NCBI GenBank assembly: GCA_010405405.1
Contig: MU004235.1
Location: forward strand, 76,538-140,537
DNA length: 64,000 nucleotides
Direction of reading: 5' to 3'
Origin: Microthyrium microscopicum
Taxonomy: Eukaryota
This document shows, piece after piece, positions 37,725 to 50,826 of the stretch. The position numbers and the translations under genes are program-made. Position 1 is the stretch's first letter; each line of letters opens with the position of its first letter. Under the pieces are notes generated by a model that worked only from the letters and a program-made list of their open reading frames with translations, searched no databases and had not been told where the DNA came from.

Positions 37725-38310
37725 ATGATGGGATCCATATCTCAATGCATCTGACTACCCAAAACAATGAACATTGATCAATCTGTCTATCTTTCCAGCA
37801 ATATGGTCTCCAATCTTGCATTATTTTCATTCGCTCCAGTAGTTCATATGATGAATTCTCTGCTGTTCAATCAGAGTAGAGGGCAATCAAGTAAGATTGC
37901 CTGGTTTGTGGACAGAACCCTAGCGGTACTCCACCATATTGATCGACGTTTTCTTGGTTCATGCGAATTAGAAGCTTCATTAACATCCTTACAGGCGATA
38001 CTGGTACTTAGTGCAATAAATGATCGTGTTTCAAATCGCTATAGTACGATTACCTCGATCTACGATGGACCACCAGAACGAACCATAAGTCGGCGATTTT
38101 TCACACCGTGTGTAAAGCTCAGGCAATTGGATCTCAGTCACTTAGTGATTTAATCAATATCAAGAGCAGCATATAGTCGGACGAACCGACATTCAATTTG
38201 CAGATCCCTCATGGCATAGTATACCCTGCTTTTATTGCAGCGAGCTTTCATAAATCGTACGTTTACCTGAGAAGGTTCTTTCGAGCCAGTACTAACCACA
38301 TCGTGCCAAA

Positions 38311-39318
38311 ATGCACTTCCTCGATTCAGCATTTGTGCTGGCCACCTTGGTCTCGCTCGTCGCGAGCCAGGCTCCAGTTGCCAAAGGATGTACACGAGAA
38401 CAACTCATTTCAGCCCGCGATGATTTCTGGAAAGCTGCTGAGGCCGGATCAGAGCCAAAGCTAGGCGCATCCGTCAAAGTCGCACTCAACAACAAGATCA
38501 CACCACTGGCCTCAACACCATTTGCAAAGATCAAGTCGAGCAAATTCACAGCACTCTTTGTTCAAGCTGTTGACACTGAAATCTGTGAAATTGCCACTTT
38601 CAGGGTCGCAGCTGATCAAGTGCTCAGCACACGATTGAAGTTGGATTCTGCCGGAGCGATTTCTGAAGTCGAGTTCCTGCAAGCTATTCAAGGAGATCAG
38701 TTCTTCAGACCATCCGGCTTCCCTGCTACGACACCTCCAATGTTCAGCGAGAAGCAAATTGCGCATGCTCCGCCAACTATTCCTTCTCAATGGACTCCAG
38801 CTGGAGGCATGTTCGACCACAAGGCTGCGATCAATAAATCGACTTGCAAAGCCATGACAGGTGAAGCTCGTCTGTGGACCCGAAAAGAGCTCATCTACGC
38901 CGCAAACAGTTATTGCGATGGTTTGAAGGGCGCTCCATACGATTCCTGTACTTTCAGTGGCAAGTCTTGCCCCCGAAACGAAAATGGTGTCACGACGACG
39001 CAAAACTGTGGCGTAGGAATGGGCATGTTTGGCTTTACCACTCGAGGCCGAAGATGGGTTGCGGATACGGAAACAGGCGTTGTCTTGGGTGCCTTCTACT
39101 TTGAATACTCAACAGCCGCTGCTGCCAACAATCTTTTCCTGCACGAATACTTCAAGGTTCGCGAAGGTGCATTGTCCTATATCTTTGCACCGATGAAGAA
39201 TATACCGTAAGTTCTACCTGTTTTCTTTGAGCTGGGCGCTCTGTAGATGGCAGTCACTAATATCAATACCAGACATTCTCAAGCAGCTGCTAAGACATTC
39301 GCGGAAGAGACTTCTTAG
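38311..39318 (+). CDS. Secreted protein of unknown function (possibly tandem NTF2/SnoaL-like fold)
   Basis: Signal peptide; CTREQLISARDDF and TRKELIYAANSY internal repeat; CPRNENG, RRWVADTETGVV, EYFKVREG; intron 39207-39272. Confidence 0.75.
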
Positions 39319-39449
39319 GATGTTTATACAGATTTATATATCTACCTAGGTATATAACAGCTTTTCAAGATCATGATGTTCTCAGTTTCGTCTTTGTGAC
39401 CTAGGAACTCAAACAAAAATGCATGAGTAACAACAGTCGATCAATTGAT

Positions 39450-40591
39450 CTAAAACTTTCGAATTGGAGCGGGAATCTTGAGAGAATCAAGATTCTTGCT
39501 CTCAGTTTCAGTCCAACCAGCAGCTTTCGCGCCACCACCAGTAAACCAGTTTGCCGCTGTAGCATTTCCTCGCAAAACCCAGTTAGCCCAGTGCGAGGCA
39601 GCAATGCCATAGGCACCACCGTTCAATTCGTTGAAAGTACCCCCATGTCCGGTTGGGGCCCAATTGCTCATATACGATGGAATGCCTGCTGGCAGTAGAG
39701 CATAATCCCGTTTGCCCTAAAGTTGTAAGCATACGGACTGATCCATCAGAGGATAATACTCACATTTGCGTATGCGACATCCTTGGGGCCACCTAGAAAG
39801 TAGAAGACCGGCTTGGAGAACTTGGTAACATCGGTATAGACCATAAGTTTTCCCTTTGCGTCTTTCCCACTCTTAGCATCTTTGGATCCTTCTTTAGCAA
39901 AGTTTCCAGAATTGAAAATGCCCAACCCCCGATTGACGCGCTTGTCACCTTCGGCTGCATATGCCAAAGTACCACCACAGCTCTGGCCTGCAGCAGCAAC
40001 CCGAGACATGTCGATGTGGGCCCACTTCGGATCAGTGGCGCTCTTCTCTGCCCAGTCGAGCGCGTCGATGAAGGCTTTGGCGGTTACTTGGCCGTAGCCA
40101 CCGTAGCTTGCGAATGTGCCGCCTTTGGATGGGTCTTCTTTGGGGCCAGTGGCTAGGACGACGACTCCTTGGGATGCTAATTGGAGAAGGAAGGGGGCCA
40201 TGATGGTGCCGACGTTTAGACAGCCTGAGGAATTAGTTAGTTCGATCTAAGACACACCTTCCCTTCTATGCACTGCGCGGATTCAAATGTCACCAGCAAG
40301 TATGAGTCGTTTTTCTTACCTCCATTGCCCCAGACGACTACAGGTGCCTTGAAACCTTTCGGGATATTCTTTGGTTGATAGATCACAAACTTTGGCAAGC
40401 TTGGGTCTTCGAAAAAGTGCTACAAAAATCAGTAAATATACCAAATGACGGCATAGGGTAGGTCTTGCAGCTCCATATGGACCAGTTCCAGGCGAAGCCA
40501 AGGCCGCTGGGGAATTGATTGATCCACCTGGTTGTTGAGCGAGCGCATGACCCGCCAAAGCGGCGATCGAAGCTATCAGTGAATTCTTCAT
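39450..40591 (-). CDS. Secreted alpha/beta hydrolase (esterase-like)
   Basis: Signal peptide; VVWGNGGC; nucleophile elbow AGQSCGG; GGPKDVAY (Asp); TGHGGTF (His); three introns. Confidence 0.85.
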
Positions 40592-41546
40592 GGAAAAAAT
40601 TTGTTAATGGAAAGGCAGAACTATGGTGAAGAACAAAAGTTGTCATTACATTCGACTTGCAGTTTACAAATATGTTATATTGGGAGGGTCAAGCTTTGGC
40701 CTACATTGGTGTATAACGATGCCTATAGTCCTAAGGTAGTATATCGAAAATTAAATCGTCCGAATATCATTTAGTGAATGTTGGTGCTTTTTATACGGAT
40801 AACCCGAAAAAGACTTCCCATGGCGATGGATTATGAAAGAAAAGGCATGACGAAGGATGGGAGGTATGAAGTTCAGAAAATACAATTAGTGGAATACTCA
40901 AATAAATATTATTAGAATACTTGGAGCATCTGCAGGAAGATATCTATTTGAATTTAGTTCATGTTTCAACTGAGAGACAAGTTATCGACCAGCATGATGG
41001 TAAATGGTGGCCGTTAAGGCTGTCCAAGAATAGTGTATTGAGGCTATAATAAAAAATACCAAAATCACATGAAGGGCTCGAGTGTTAAGATAAGTCATGA
41101 AGCTGAATGTCGTTAAATTAAGGTTTGATAAAATTGGAAAGAAGCATCCACCCAGACATAGAGGTGGCAGGAGCAAACTGAAAATATCCGATAGCACCTT
41201 CCATTCCAGCGATGTCGCTTGCAATTTTCAGACAAACGTACAGATACAAAAGATATGCTGGAGCAGTATCTGGACGATATCGTAAAAGGAGTTCTTAGCT
41301 GAAGCGGCTTTTGAATCAGGGGCCTCTAGTTATTAGACATAACCACTCGGGTGGAGATACTTGACAATGAAATCAAATTATAAGTAAAAGTGGCTTGGAT
41401 TCGCGGCTGAGAGGAGACTTTGTACTTCCCCTAAACATAAGAAGGCCATGTATTACCATCACATAAAATGTGAAGGCATCTCGACGCTCTAACCCAGATC
41501 AACCGCATCTTCATTTTCTGGCTTCCAACCTAGCCATCATCTCGCG

Positions 41547-42984
41547 ATGCAAGAAGATAACATTTCCACACATTCTGGCGCCGATAGCCATGTCGGCTCT
41601 CAACCACATCGCCGTAATCCGTTCGAAACACCAGCCCAGTCCCGAACCTCCAATTCGGGCTCCATCCTCCACATGCCGTCCTTCGAGGATAAACCACTCT
41701 TCCATTCCCGAAAGATCGTCAAGGGCACCACCGAAAAGGCATGGTTGGACCGGAAGGATCCCAGGGAGAAATGGGTGACGATCATTCCGCTCATCGGCAT
41801 ACTGATTGGCGTTGGAGTTGCAGGCTTTTTGGTTTGGGATGGCCTTCGAACCGTCGTCAAACACTCGTATTGTCCCGTGATAGACGAAGACTGGTCAAAA
41901 GGATTCGATACCAAAGTATGGATGAAAGAAGCAGAAGTCGGTGGCTTTGGGTAAGTATACTGTGCTATTTGAAAACCAGGGTAATCTGACATTTGTAGCA
42001 ATGGTGAATTCGAGCAGACGACCACATCCGACGAAAATGCCTTCATCCAAGATGGCATGTTACACCTCAAACCCACCCTCCAGGATGACAAGCTCGTCAC
42101 GAGTAATGGAAGTCTCATCAATCTCTTGTCGGACGGCACCTGTACGTCGGCCGCCAAATCCTGGAAGGATTGTGTTGGCATGACAAATGTGGGAAATGGT
42201 TCCATCGTGCCACCCGTCAAGTCCGCAAGAGTTTCGACAAGACTTGGAGCCAAGATCAAGTATGGCCGAATCGAGGTGACTGCCCGACTACCCAAGGGCG
42301 ATTGGTTGTGGCCTGCCATCTGGCTGCTTCCCGTCAATAACACATATGGAGACTGGCCTCGCTCCGGCGAAATCGACATCATTGAATCCCGAGGCAACAA
42401 ACCAGGATATATGCAAGGTGGCAGTGACATGGTTAGTAGCACGCTGCATTGGGGTCCAACAACTTCTCTGGATGCCTGGTGGCGAACCAACGTCAAGCGT
42501 GCAGCCTTCCATACCTCATACTCAAATGGCTTCCATACATTCGGTATGGAATGGACGGAAAAGTATATCTTCACTTATGTCGACAGTCGACTTCTTCAAG
42601 TCATGTATATCAACTTTGGCCAGCCGTTTTGGACACGCGGCCAGTTCCCTCTGGCTGATCGTAATGGTACCGCGCTCGATAACCCTTGGAATGCTACTGG
42701 ACAAGTCTCTACTCCGTTTGACCAGGACTTTTACCTGATTTTCAGCCTGGGCGTTGGAGGAACAAATGGATGGTTCCAGGACGGACAATCCGGTAAGCCA
42801 TGGGTGGATAGTAGTCCAACTGCGAAGCTCGCGTTTTGGAACGCCCGTGCCAAATGGTTTCCAAGCTGGGTAGACAAAGGAGATTTTGTCATCAAACGAG
42901 TTCGAGTAAGTGACCAGTCTGTATTGATAGACCAGTAGCTAACAGCAGTAGATGTGGCAACAGAAAGGCTACAATGGATGTTAG
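41547..42984 (+). CDS. GH16 beta-1,3-glucanase/glucan-binding protein with N-terminal TM anchor
   Basis: TM helix IIPLIGILIGVGVAGFLVW; KYGRIEVTARLPKGDWLWPAIWLLP; catalytic SGEIDIIESRGN; PFDQDFYLI; two introns. Confidence 0.93.
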
Positions 42985-43333
42985 GCTTAGCGGAGAATTA
43001 GGCGAGTTCGTGTATCCAATGTAGAGAGTTGTATCCGGAGGGTGATCCTGGTCTGCATGTGTCGCCTTAGTTGTGCAATTAGAGAAAAATCAATCATAGC
43101 TTATGCAGCTCTTGTTGAAAACTACAGGGTCGGACCGAATTTTCTATCCCTTTCAGCTTGTGAAGCCTGCCTTGTCAGAGGACCTGCTGCACTAGCATAA
43201 TGTTACCAGAGATACCTGGCTGGAATATAAGTCCGTATCTAATGCCGAGGTTTCAATCCAGTAGATGTTGGGCAGTTTTGAAGCTGCGAATCCAGGGATT
43301 TTTTTGTACCAGTTCGAAGAGCAGGTGCAATCA

Positions 43334-43701
43334 CTATCGTAGCGAGGTTTGCTCATTTTTAGCCGCCTTCTCAGCTGCTCGAGCTCTCAAACTCTGAATC
43401 TTTGCCTTGAGTTCATCTCTTGACTGGACAAGAGCCATTTTCTTGGATTCGAGACGATCTATGGACGCCTGGAATGACTCTGTTGCACGAGCTTCTTTGA
43501 TCTGGCGAGGTTAGTGCCTGCCTTTGCCACAATATCAAAGTCAACGAATGGAATACATACTTCTTTGATCTGAATATCCTGTTTCAGAGAAGCACCATAC
43601 AACGTACCGCCGAATACAACGCATACGCCCATGACTGTCATCACGAGAGGAAACCTCCGATGTTTAGTGAGCCGCAGATCATACTTTGGTCGGTTACTCA
43701 T
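43334..43701 (-). CDS. Small single-TM, coiled-coil protein
   Basis: TM VMGVCVVFGGTLYGASLK; intron 43502-43560; heptad tail IDRLESKKMALVQSRDELKAKIQSLRAR. Start uncertain. Confidence 0.7.
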
Positions 43702-44017
43702 TGTAGTAGTGAGCAGTACGGTATACTTGGAAGTTTGAGATGAGGGAGCTATAACGATATTTGGTCAAGATTACCATAAGGTGACGGCATCGAAGCTTCA
43801 GAAATTCAAAGAGATACTTGATGTAGTCAATATCGTAGGTCAGGTGACTTGGCGACTTGGAAAGAACGCGGCGCGAACGCGACTCCAATCATCAACCACA
43901 AGCTAGCAACTTCAAAACAATCGTCAAAACACATTCTCCTTTGAACACACCTTTTGCACTTATTTTCAGCATCCTGGTGAATTTGCACAAGGCTACAGGC
44001 TGCAACCCGTCGGATCC

Positions 44018-44351
44018 ATGGCCTCACAACCTCCTCGCATACCAGCCTCAGGCAATGTCGCCTCAAGATCTGGACCTACATCACAAAAGCCTCGACAGCT
44101 ATCGCATTTACACTCTCAACTTGCACAGTTGACCGCACACATATCCGATTTAGAGAACTTGCTCAAAGTTACATCGGTCCAAGCTGAAAGCATGCGTGGA
44201 TTGGGAGGCTACTCGGGAGCCATGTAAGAGGTGCTTAAGTAGCGGTGTACAACAATTGACTGTCAACAGGTTCATGGCCGCCAGTAAGGTCCTTGGTGAA
44301 GAAACTATGAACAACCCAAATCAAGACGATAACTCAAAGTCAACCCCATGA
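44018..44351 (+). CDS. HSK3: DASH/Dam1 kinetochore complex subunit Hsk3
   Basis: RQLSHLHSQLAQLTAHISDLENLLKVTSVQAESMRGLG, then one intron, then FMAASKVLGEE. Confidence 0.88.
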
Positions 44352-47300
44352 TGAATCCATACATGACAATAGTGGTCATCAATCAAAGCGAAAACAGTCG
44401 AGAGTTGGATCAATGGGTAGACATTGATGAACACGCTTTCATCAGGATTGTCATGCGAACATATGTTCAATCGCTCGCCCAGCATTCAAGGGCGTCTATC
44501 TTTACAAACAAACGAGATGCTTGCTTCGTATGGCAGCACAGCATGAGATAATACTAGTGAAGGGCGATGGGAAATTCAGGTACAGTGCATGATGCACAAT
44601 TGAAGGTTCAGGGTTTCTTTCAGCCGAATGATAAGAACTGTCTCGTGTCTGGTCAGGAACAGGTCGAAAAGGACCAGAGCCACAGATTTGCGATACGCTG
44701 CGTTACATCTGAGCGAGATGCAGGCACACGATTGGCCGTTATACGGTGCCCGAGATAAGAAGCCTCGGGCCTTGAAAAAACGGAATCTGGGCAGCTTACA
44801 GAGCAAGCATATTTAATTGAGCTGATTTCCGCTTGTTTGACATCAGGGCGAATCTTGATTTTCATCGTCGACTGGTACCTGACTACTGCGCAACATATTC
44901 TTTCTCGATGTGGACCTGACCGTGTCTACTCCGTACACTACCTCAGTATGATGACCTTGCTACCTCAACATACAGCCTACTCCTACCACTACTCTTCGGG
45001 GATCACAACTGCCGCACAGTTCAACTGCAAGGCTTCAGCGGTGGATGGTCTGGAATATCTGCCAGTCTGAACTGGCCCAGTGCAATGGACCTGGCGTTGT
45101 GAAAGGATGCGGATATGAACTTAGCCGCGGACCAAAGCTCAAGGCTCTGGCCAAAGGAGGAAGATCAACTTACGGCCTACTCGCAGCTCTGGACTAAGCA
45201 GTGCAAACATTTGCAGGCTCTGGGAGATGCATAGGATGTACTATCAAAGTTCTTGCCAAAGCCTGGAGGAGTTAATTTCGAAGTTGCGCCTGGCCGAACT
45301 TACCTGGCCCGGAAAGCACACGGCGGCTCTCGAATGTTTGAGGACACTGAAGGTGTGGAGCACTGGAGATGCAGTCAGCATGACCATCAGCGACCAAATC
45401 ATTTCCACCCAAAGTTGGAACAATTGCTCCGAAGACCCCAATTCTGCGGGTGCTCACGGTCCTCGTCGCAGTCCCAACTTTGAACACTGCTCGCAACTCT
45501 GAACTGCTGCTTGGCACTTGCAGCTTGGTTGTGCCGAGAATGCACCCCACGCCAAGCCAGCCAAAGGCCAGCTAGCTCACGCGACTCAAAGCATGCATGT
45601 GGTTGGTCCAAACTGGCCTGGTTCGTGCAGCTCACTTCTGCTGGACCAGCCCAGCTCCTGCAGACCCTTGCAGTGCCACCTCAACACCAAAATACCAACA
45701 ATCCAGTTCCAGCCCGACTACTTCCGTCTTTACAATTAACAAGTGGGACTTTTCCAGAAGGGAAACAATACTCCGTCTCAAGCCCGAGTCTAAAGCTTGA
45801 AGCCCGGAGCCGCACTCACCGCCTACATATTGGAAGTTGGTGTTGAAACTGGAAGATCTACTGTAGACTGTAGACTGTAAAGATGGTCGCGTGCGCTGAC
45901 GACTCATCAAACCGCGTTGGCCGTTCCCTCCACAGAAAAGCTCATTATTTCTTCAGTTGCCGTTTGAGGCTTCGGGCCTTTGGCTGGTTGGGAAAGAGAC
46001 CAATAAAACTGTTAAGTGGCGCTCTATTTATGCACCAATCCCCCAAGCAAACTCCCACGCTCCACCCTGCCAAAATGTGCCGAATGCCTGCTTGCATGCT
46101 TCTCCCATGCCTTCAGCACATGCCTCTTTGACCTTTGTGCATCTTGAGCTTTCGAGCACTGACTACTCGCTCTTTGCCCCACTCTCTTTTTCTACTATAG
46201 AAACACGGAATCCCGACAAACACCTTTGACTATATACATCAAGTCCCTACTACTGTGTACATTGATTGAATAGCGAAGCAAAGATGTTTGCGTAAGCTGA
46301 ATCCGTTTCTGAGAGGTCTTGGTACTGAGAGAGCGATTGATATTCCATGAGTTTGGCTTCAATTCTTTACAACGGAATTGGCCCATTTCCTTGGTATTTT
46401 CCGTTCTCTAGCTTGCATCGACATAAACTAGCTCCAAAGTGGTGTCCCAGTAGTTCATGAACACATTATTCCCGACCAACGTCCACATACAAAATACCGT
46501 TTTATTCCCGTCATAGCATTCCAGAACATCCAAGAGGCAGTGTGGGCAGAACCATTGTCGATGCTGTCATCGACTGCCATATAGACCATCGAGTCCTTCT
46601 TTTCCTATGTATTCGCCGGCTTTGCTAAAAGAGAGCTCTTTGTTCCAAGTCTTACCTCGTCCTAGCGATTCCGATTTCAGGGCATATATGAGAGCGTAAA
46701 TCCCCCATAAGTCTTCTTGCCGAGTTTGAAGAAGGATCCAAAAACGACTCGGCTACAGACGGAAATAATCCAGAGACCTGGGATGCATCTGAACTGCTAG
46801 AGTTGATCGCATATAAAATACTCTGCTCTAGGTCTTGACTGAGTCGTGCATCCCACTCTAAAACGTCGTCGGACATGGTTCCGATATTTCAGTGCAATGA
46901 ACACGGCCTGAACTTGCGCACTAAATGGTAGTACAATATCTGGAGATCAAGTGGGATGGTTCTATGGATCGGGAGTTTTAGGAATTTCATATTCCTTCAC
47001 TTCCAGTATTTAGTCACGGAGGCTGGATCTTGAGTTTGTGGAAGCTAACCAGTTCCATCATTAATGCTACTCTATTGTTTTTAGGTAGGAAAGTCTTTCT
47101 GAATGGCGGTTGAATCATGAAAGCTATGTTATATTCTCGCCCTCAATGTCATACCAAATGTTCAAGAGTTTCAAAGTTAATTATGATTGACAAGTTCCAA
47201 TTTCGAGGCCAAGTCTGTACAAACATGAAGTACACGTTCTCTCCAAAGCATTGTTCATTCATCTCGGATGACTATTCTTACTTTGGTAAATGCAACCAGA

Positions 47301-50300
47301 TTTGTCGTTAACACTCTGTCCCTTTAGATCTGTACTGGGATATTAGCTGCACACTTCGACATGGTCTTATGAACAAGGACCTTCTACTCAGAGGTCCAGA
47401 TCATTCGTACATTTTATATTGCGCCAACTCCTATTAGTTGACCCGGGAAGGTGATTTGGCCTAGATCTGATTGGCACAGCATCTATTCCATATTGGGATA
47501 GACATGAATTTATATGTATACTTGGGAGTGCACTCTAGATTCCCGAAAGTCTGGACAGAACGTGTCGACTTTCATACATTCTTTCCGCGGAGCGCGGAGC
47601 AAAGCAGTGCTAGGAATAATAACGAGTCTTGTTCGTGGGATCCGTGTTTTGATACTATTTCAGGCAGGGCTGTCAAAGTAATCAACACAGACAGTTATTT
47701 CATATGAAATTCTGGCTAGCATATTTTTCAGCAAGTGCGAAGTTGGCGCTCACCATATGATTCGGCACATCTCATCTTTCAACACTACCGAGATATTAGA
47801 TTTTACCCCTCGCAGTTCGTCGCAACTTTTCAATCTACCGCACATATTTACAGAGCGTACTGCAATCGAGTAAAACAATGAGTTCGGCCATGTCGACGTA
47901 CTCATGCACAGATTCTGTTGGCTGTAAAGCGACAAAGGTTCGTGCAGAATTTCAAGCATGCAACGCAAGCAAGGGACAGTCTTTTGCAGGAACAATTTTC
48001 ATGCTACTACTTAGTACTATGTAGAGGCGAATTGCTACTACTGTTCTGCTAGGTAGGTGAAATTAATTTCACTCGTTCTCGCCAAAGAAAAAAGAGGGAG
48101 CCGATGCTGCACCCCACCATTCCTATGCCTGAAGGTCGCATGCGACGTGCACTGTGCCTCCGTGAGATGCAAGCTTCATGGTTCTGCTCCGATGTTATTG
48201 GTAGAAAGCGTGGGGTCCATGTCGAAGAGCAGAGGCTGCTTGGATCAAGTTGGATTGCATGGACTCCCCGGCATGGAAAGCGTCAGTTGGGATCAAGGCC
48301 TCTGAAGAGGTGAGGCACACCAAGTAGTGGACCAAGTACCTAGTGGTAGTTCGGACACTCACAGGTTCATTGTTGCTGGCGACATCACTGTGCGCTGAAT
48401 ATCTCGATGGCCACAGTGTTGATCTGGGGGAGTTGTGGGTACTGTCGTAATTGTGCATTGATCTTGTTGGCCCGACGCTGTGGAAATGGATTTGATCTTC
48501 ACTTATTTTGTGAGATGAAGATGGCCTAAAGATTTGATGAGGCGTTACGACCTTGAAGATGGCAAACTACCGCATCTGGGCAAGGGAGTCGAAGGCGCTT
48601 GTTGCATGTCGACAGCTGGGGATGAGATGGTATCCGATCACGGAAACATTTTCAGCCAATTTTGCAACTGTCCAGTGGCAATAGAGACGTTAGACGAGGT
48701 GGTTGGTTGGATGGTAGCATGGCTTTTGAAGCCTTGTTGACGGCAGGAGTTGGAGTAGAATAGCTGGTGTTGGAATTGACCAATATGCTACGAGCTGAAG
48801 GAAATATAATTGAGGCTAAAATGTAAGCAGTCCGGGATTGTCCGCGGAAGCATTTATAAAAGTTATGTAGAACATATCATTCGTCAGGAAAGCCTGGTTT
48901 ATTGAATTAAATCTGGATATTTCCAATCTACCCATCCTTACTGAAAGTATGAGAAGATGAAAGTATAGCAGTTTTGGAGCGAAGTAACAAAATAGACTAT
49001 GGTACTACCAGTGTCAACTGTCAACAATCCTCCTGTTCATGTCATTCAGGATTTGATCAAAAATGGATTCAAAATGCAGATATTTGAAATTAAGCAAGTC
49101 ATCGCCACAAAGGATCAGATCTATTGGTGGCGCAAAAGGCTTGAAAATTTCGAGGCTGTTGACCATGTTCAATAGGTATCACTCTGCATCTCAATTCTTG
49201 AACTACAACTTTTCAGAAAGAAGTACGTGATATAAAGCGAGAAATAAAGATGGGATATTACTTTTAACGAACTGGCGATCTCTCAGGCGGCCACTTTTTC
49301 TATCCCCAGAATTCCCCAGCATTGATCCGCATTTGTTCGCAATGCAAACCCCACGGCGTGTCACGCGTATTTCCCCAGATGTCTGGGAAAAAGCAACAGA
49401 GTTGAGGATGCGCCCTAGAGTCCGAGGCCAATTGGCAATGAGCATTGAGCAGTGTTCATCTTGGAATTTCACTAATTCACCTTCGCCAAAGCTTAGACTT
49501 TGTATGTCAACATCACCCGAAGTCTTTGGAGGTTGGTGTTGTTGAATTCATAGCCATCTTTTCAACAAAGAGTGGATTGCACCGAATTCAAGAACAAGCA
49601 GCAGGCGCTACTGTAGGTCATCTGTACTCTAGAGTAACTGGCATCTGCATATATCTCATTCGATCTCTCGCTCCTGAATTTACGCGCCCATTCGGTAGGA
49701 TCCATCAGAACTTGGAGTGGACTTTGAATGGAAGAAGACATGAAGATATAGACAATAGAGCTAGTAGGGAATACTCTAGCTTGTTGTTACACGACAAACC
49801 GTATGATTGACTGGCAGGACTGACAGCATATTCAATAATAAACTATCACCTTCAATGGCTTCATACGTTGCTGGCTTGCGATCACCACACCCCCTCTTGT
49901 CATCTCAACTTCGTTTCGTTCTCAATTCAAAGTAGCGCCGAAGCTCATTCTCCCGCTTCTTCTTCAACATCTCCACTCTCGAGTTCTGACTCCGCCAACA
50001 TACAGCCCTCCCGACCTCTTTCCGCAGTCGCGGAAGTAGTAGTAATACCTGTCATCCGCTTTTCGGCGCACTAATTTGCTACTACCAATACTACTTCCAT
50101 CATACTACTGCTAGCCTCGAGAGATCCTCATTAATTCAGTGCCTCAATTTCAACAATTCTTTCCTCCTGCACCTTTGCAAACGACCACGAATCTTTCGAA
50201 ATATTGAATTTCTTTCCTTTCCAGGCACCACCAGCGCCCATCTTCAAGTCTGTGATTGACGTCAAAGACCAAAGCTCACCGTCCCCGCCATGCTCATTGA

Positions 50301-50826
50301 GTATATTGGCATTTTGAGCATCATCCACCTGTCAATTGTGACTTTGAGCACCGAGCAGCTCCAGCATTGAGCTCCAGCACTGAGCACCATAATTATTGCA
50401 GAATCCTGCTCTCGACTGCCTTCTCCAGCGTCTGTCAGTTCTCAACCTACTGATCGTTCTGCTCGTCAATTTCCCCGGTCAAAGGCGAACCCTCTTTTAG
50501 AGTTTCTGGACACACGCCCACAGCGCCTGCCAGCAAACTCCATCCCTCCGCCCGCAGCTCTCATTGATGCCAATTTGGTCGTAGGCTTGTAGGTAAATCC
50601 ACACTTCCCGTCTCGCAGCCGCGAGAACAGCCAAGTTCATGCCTCTGGCCTCGCAGTCGGCAGCAGTTCAATAATCTTGCATTCTTGCTTGAACGAACGC
50701 TCAATCTACGGAGTACTTCCCAGTCTCCCTTCTGCTCGGTACTCCATACCCCAGTCTGGTTTAACAAGCTTGCTACGCTCCCAGTCACTCTTTGGGAGTA
50801 AAGGCTGCGAGCCTGCCGCCGCCACC

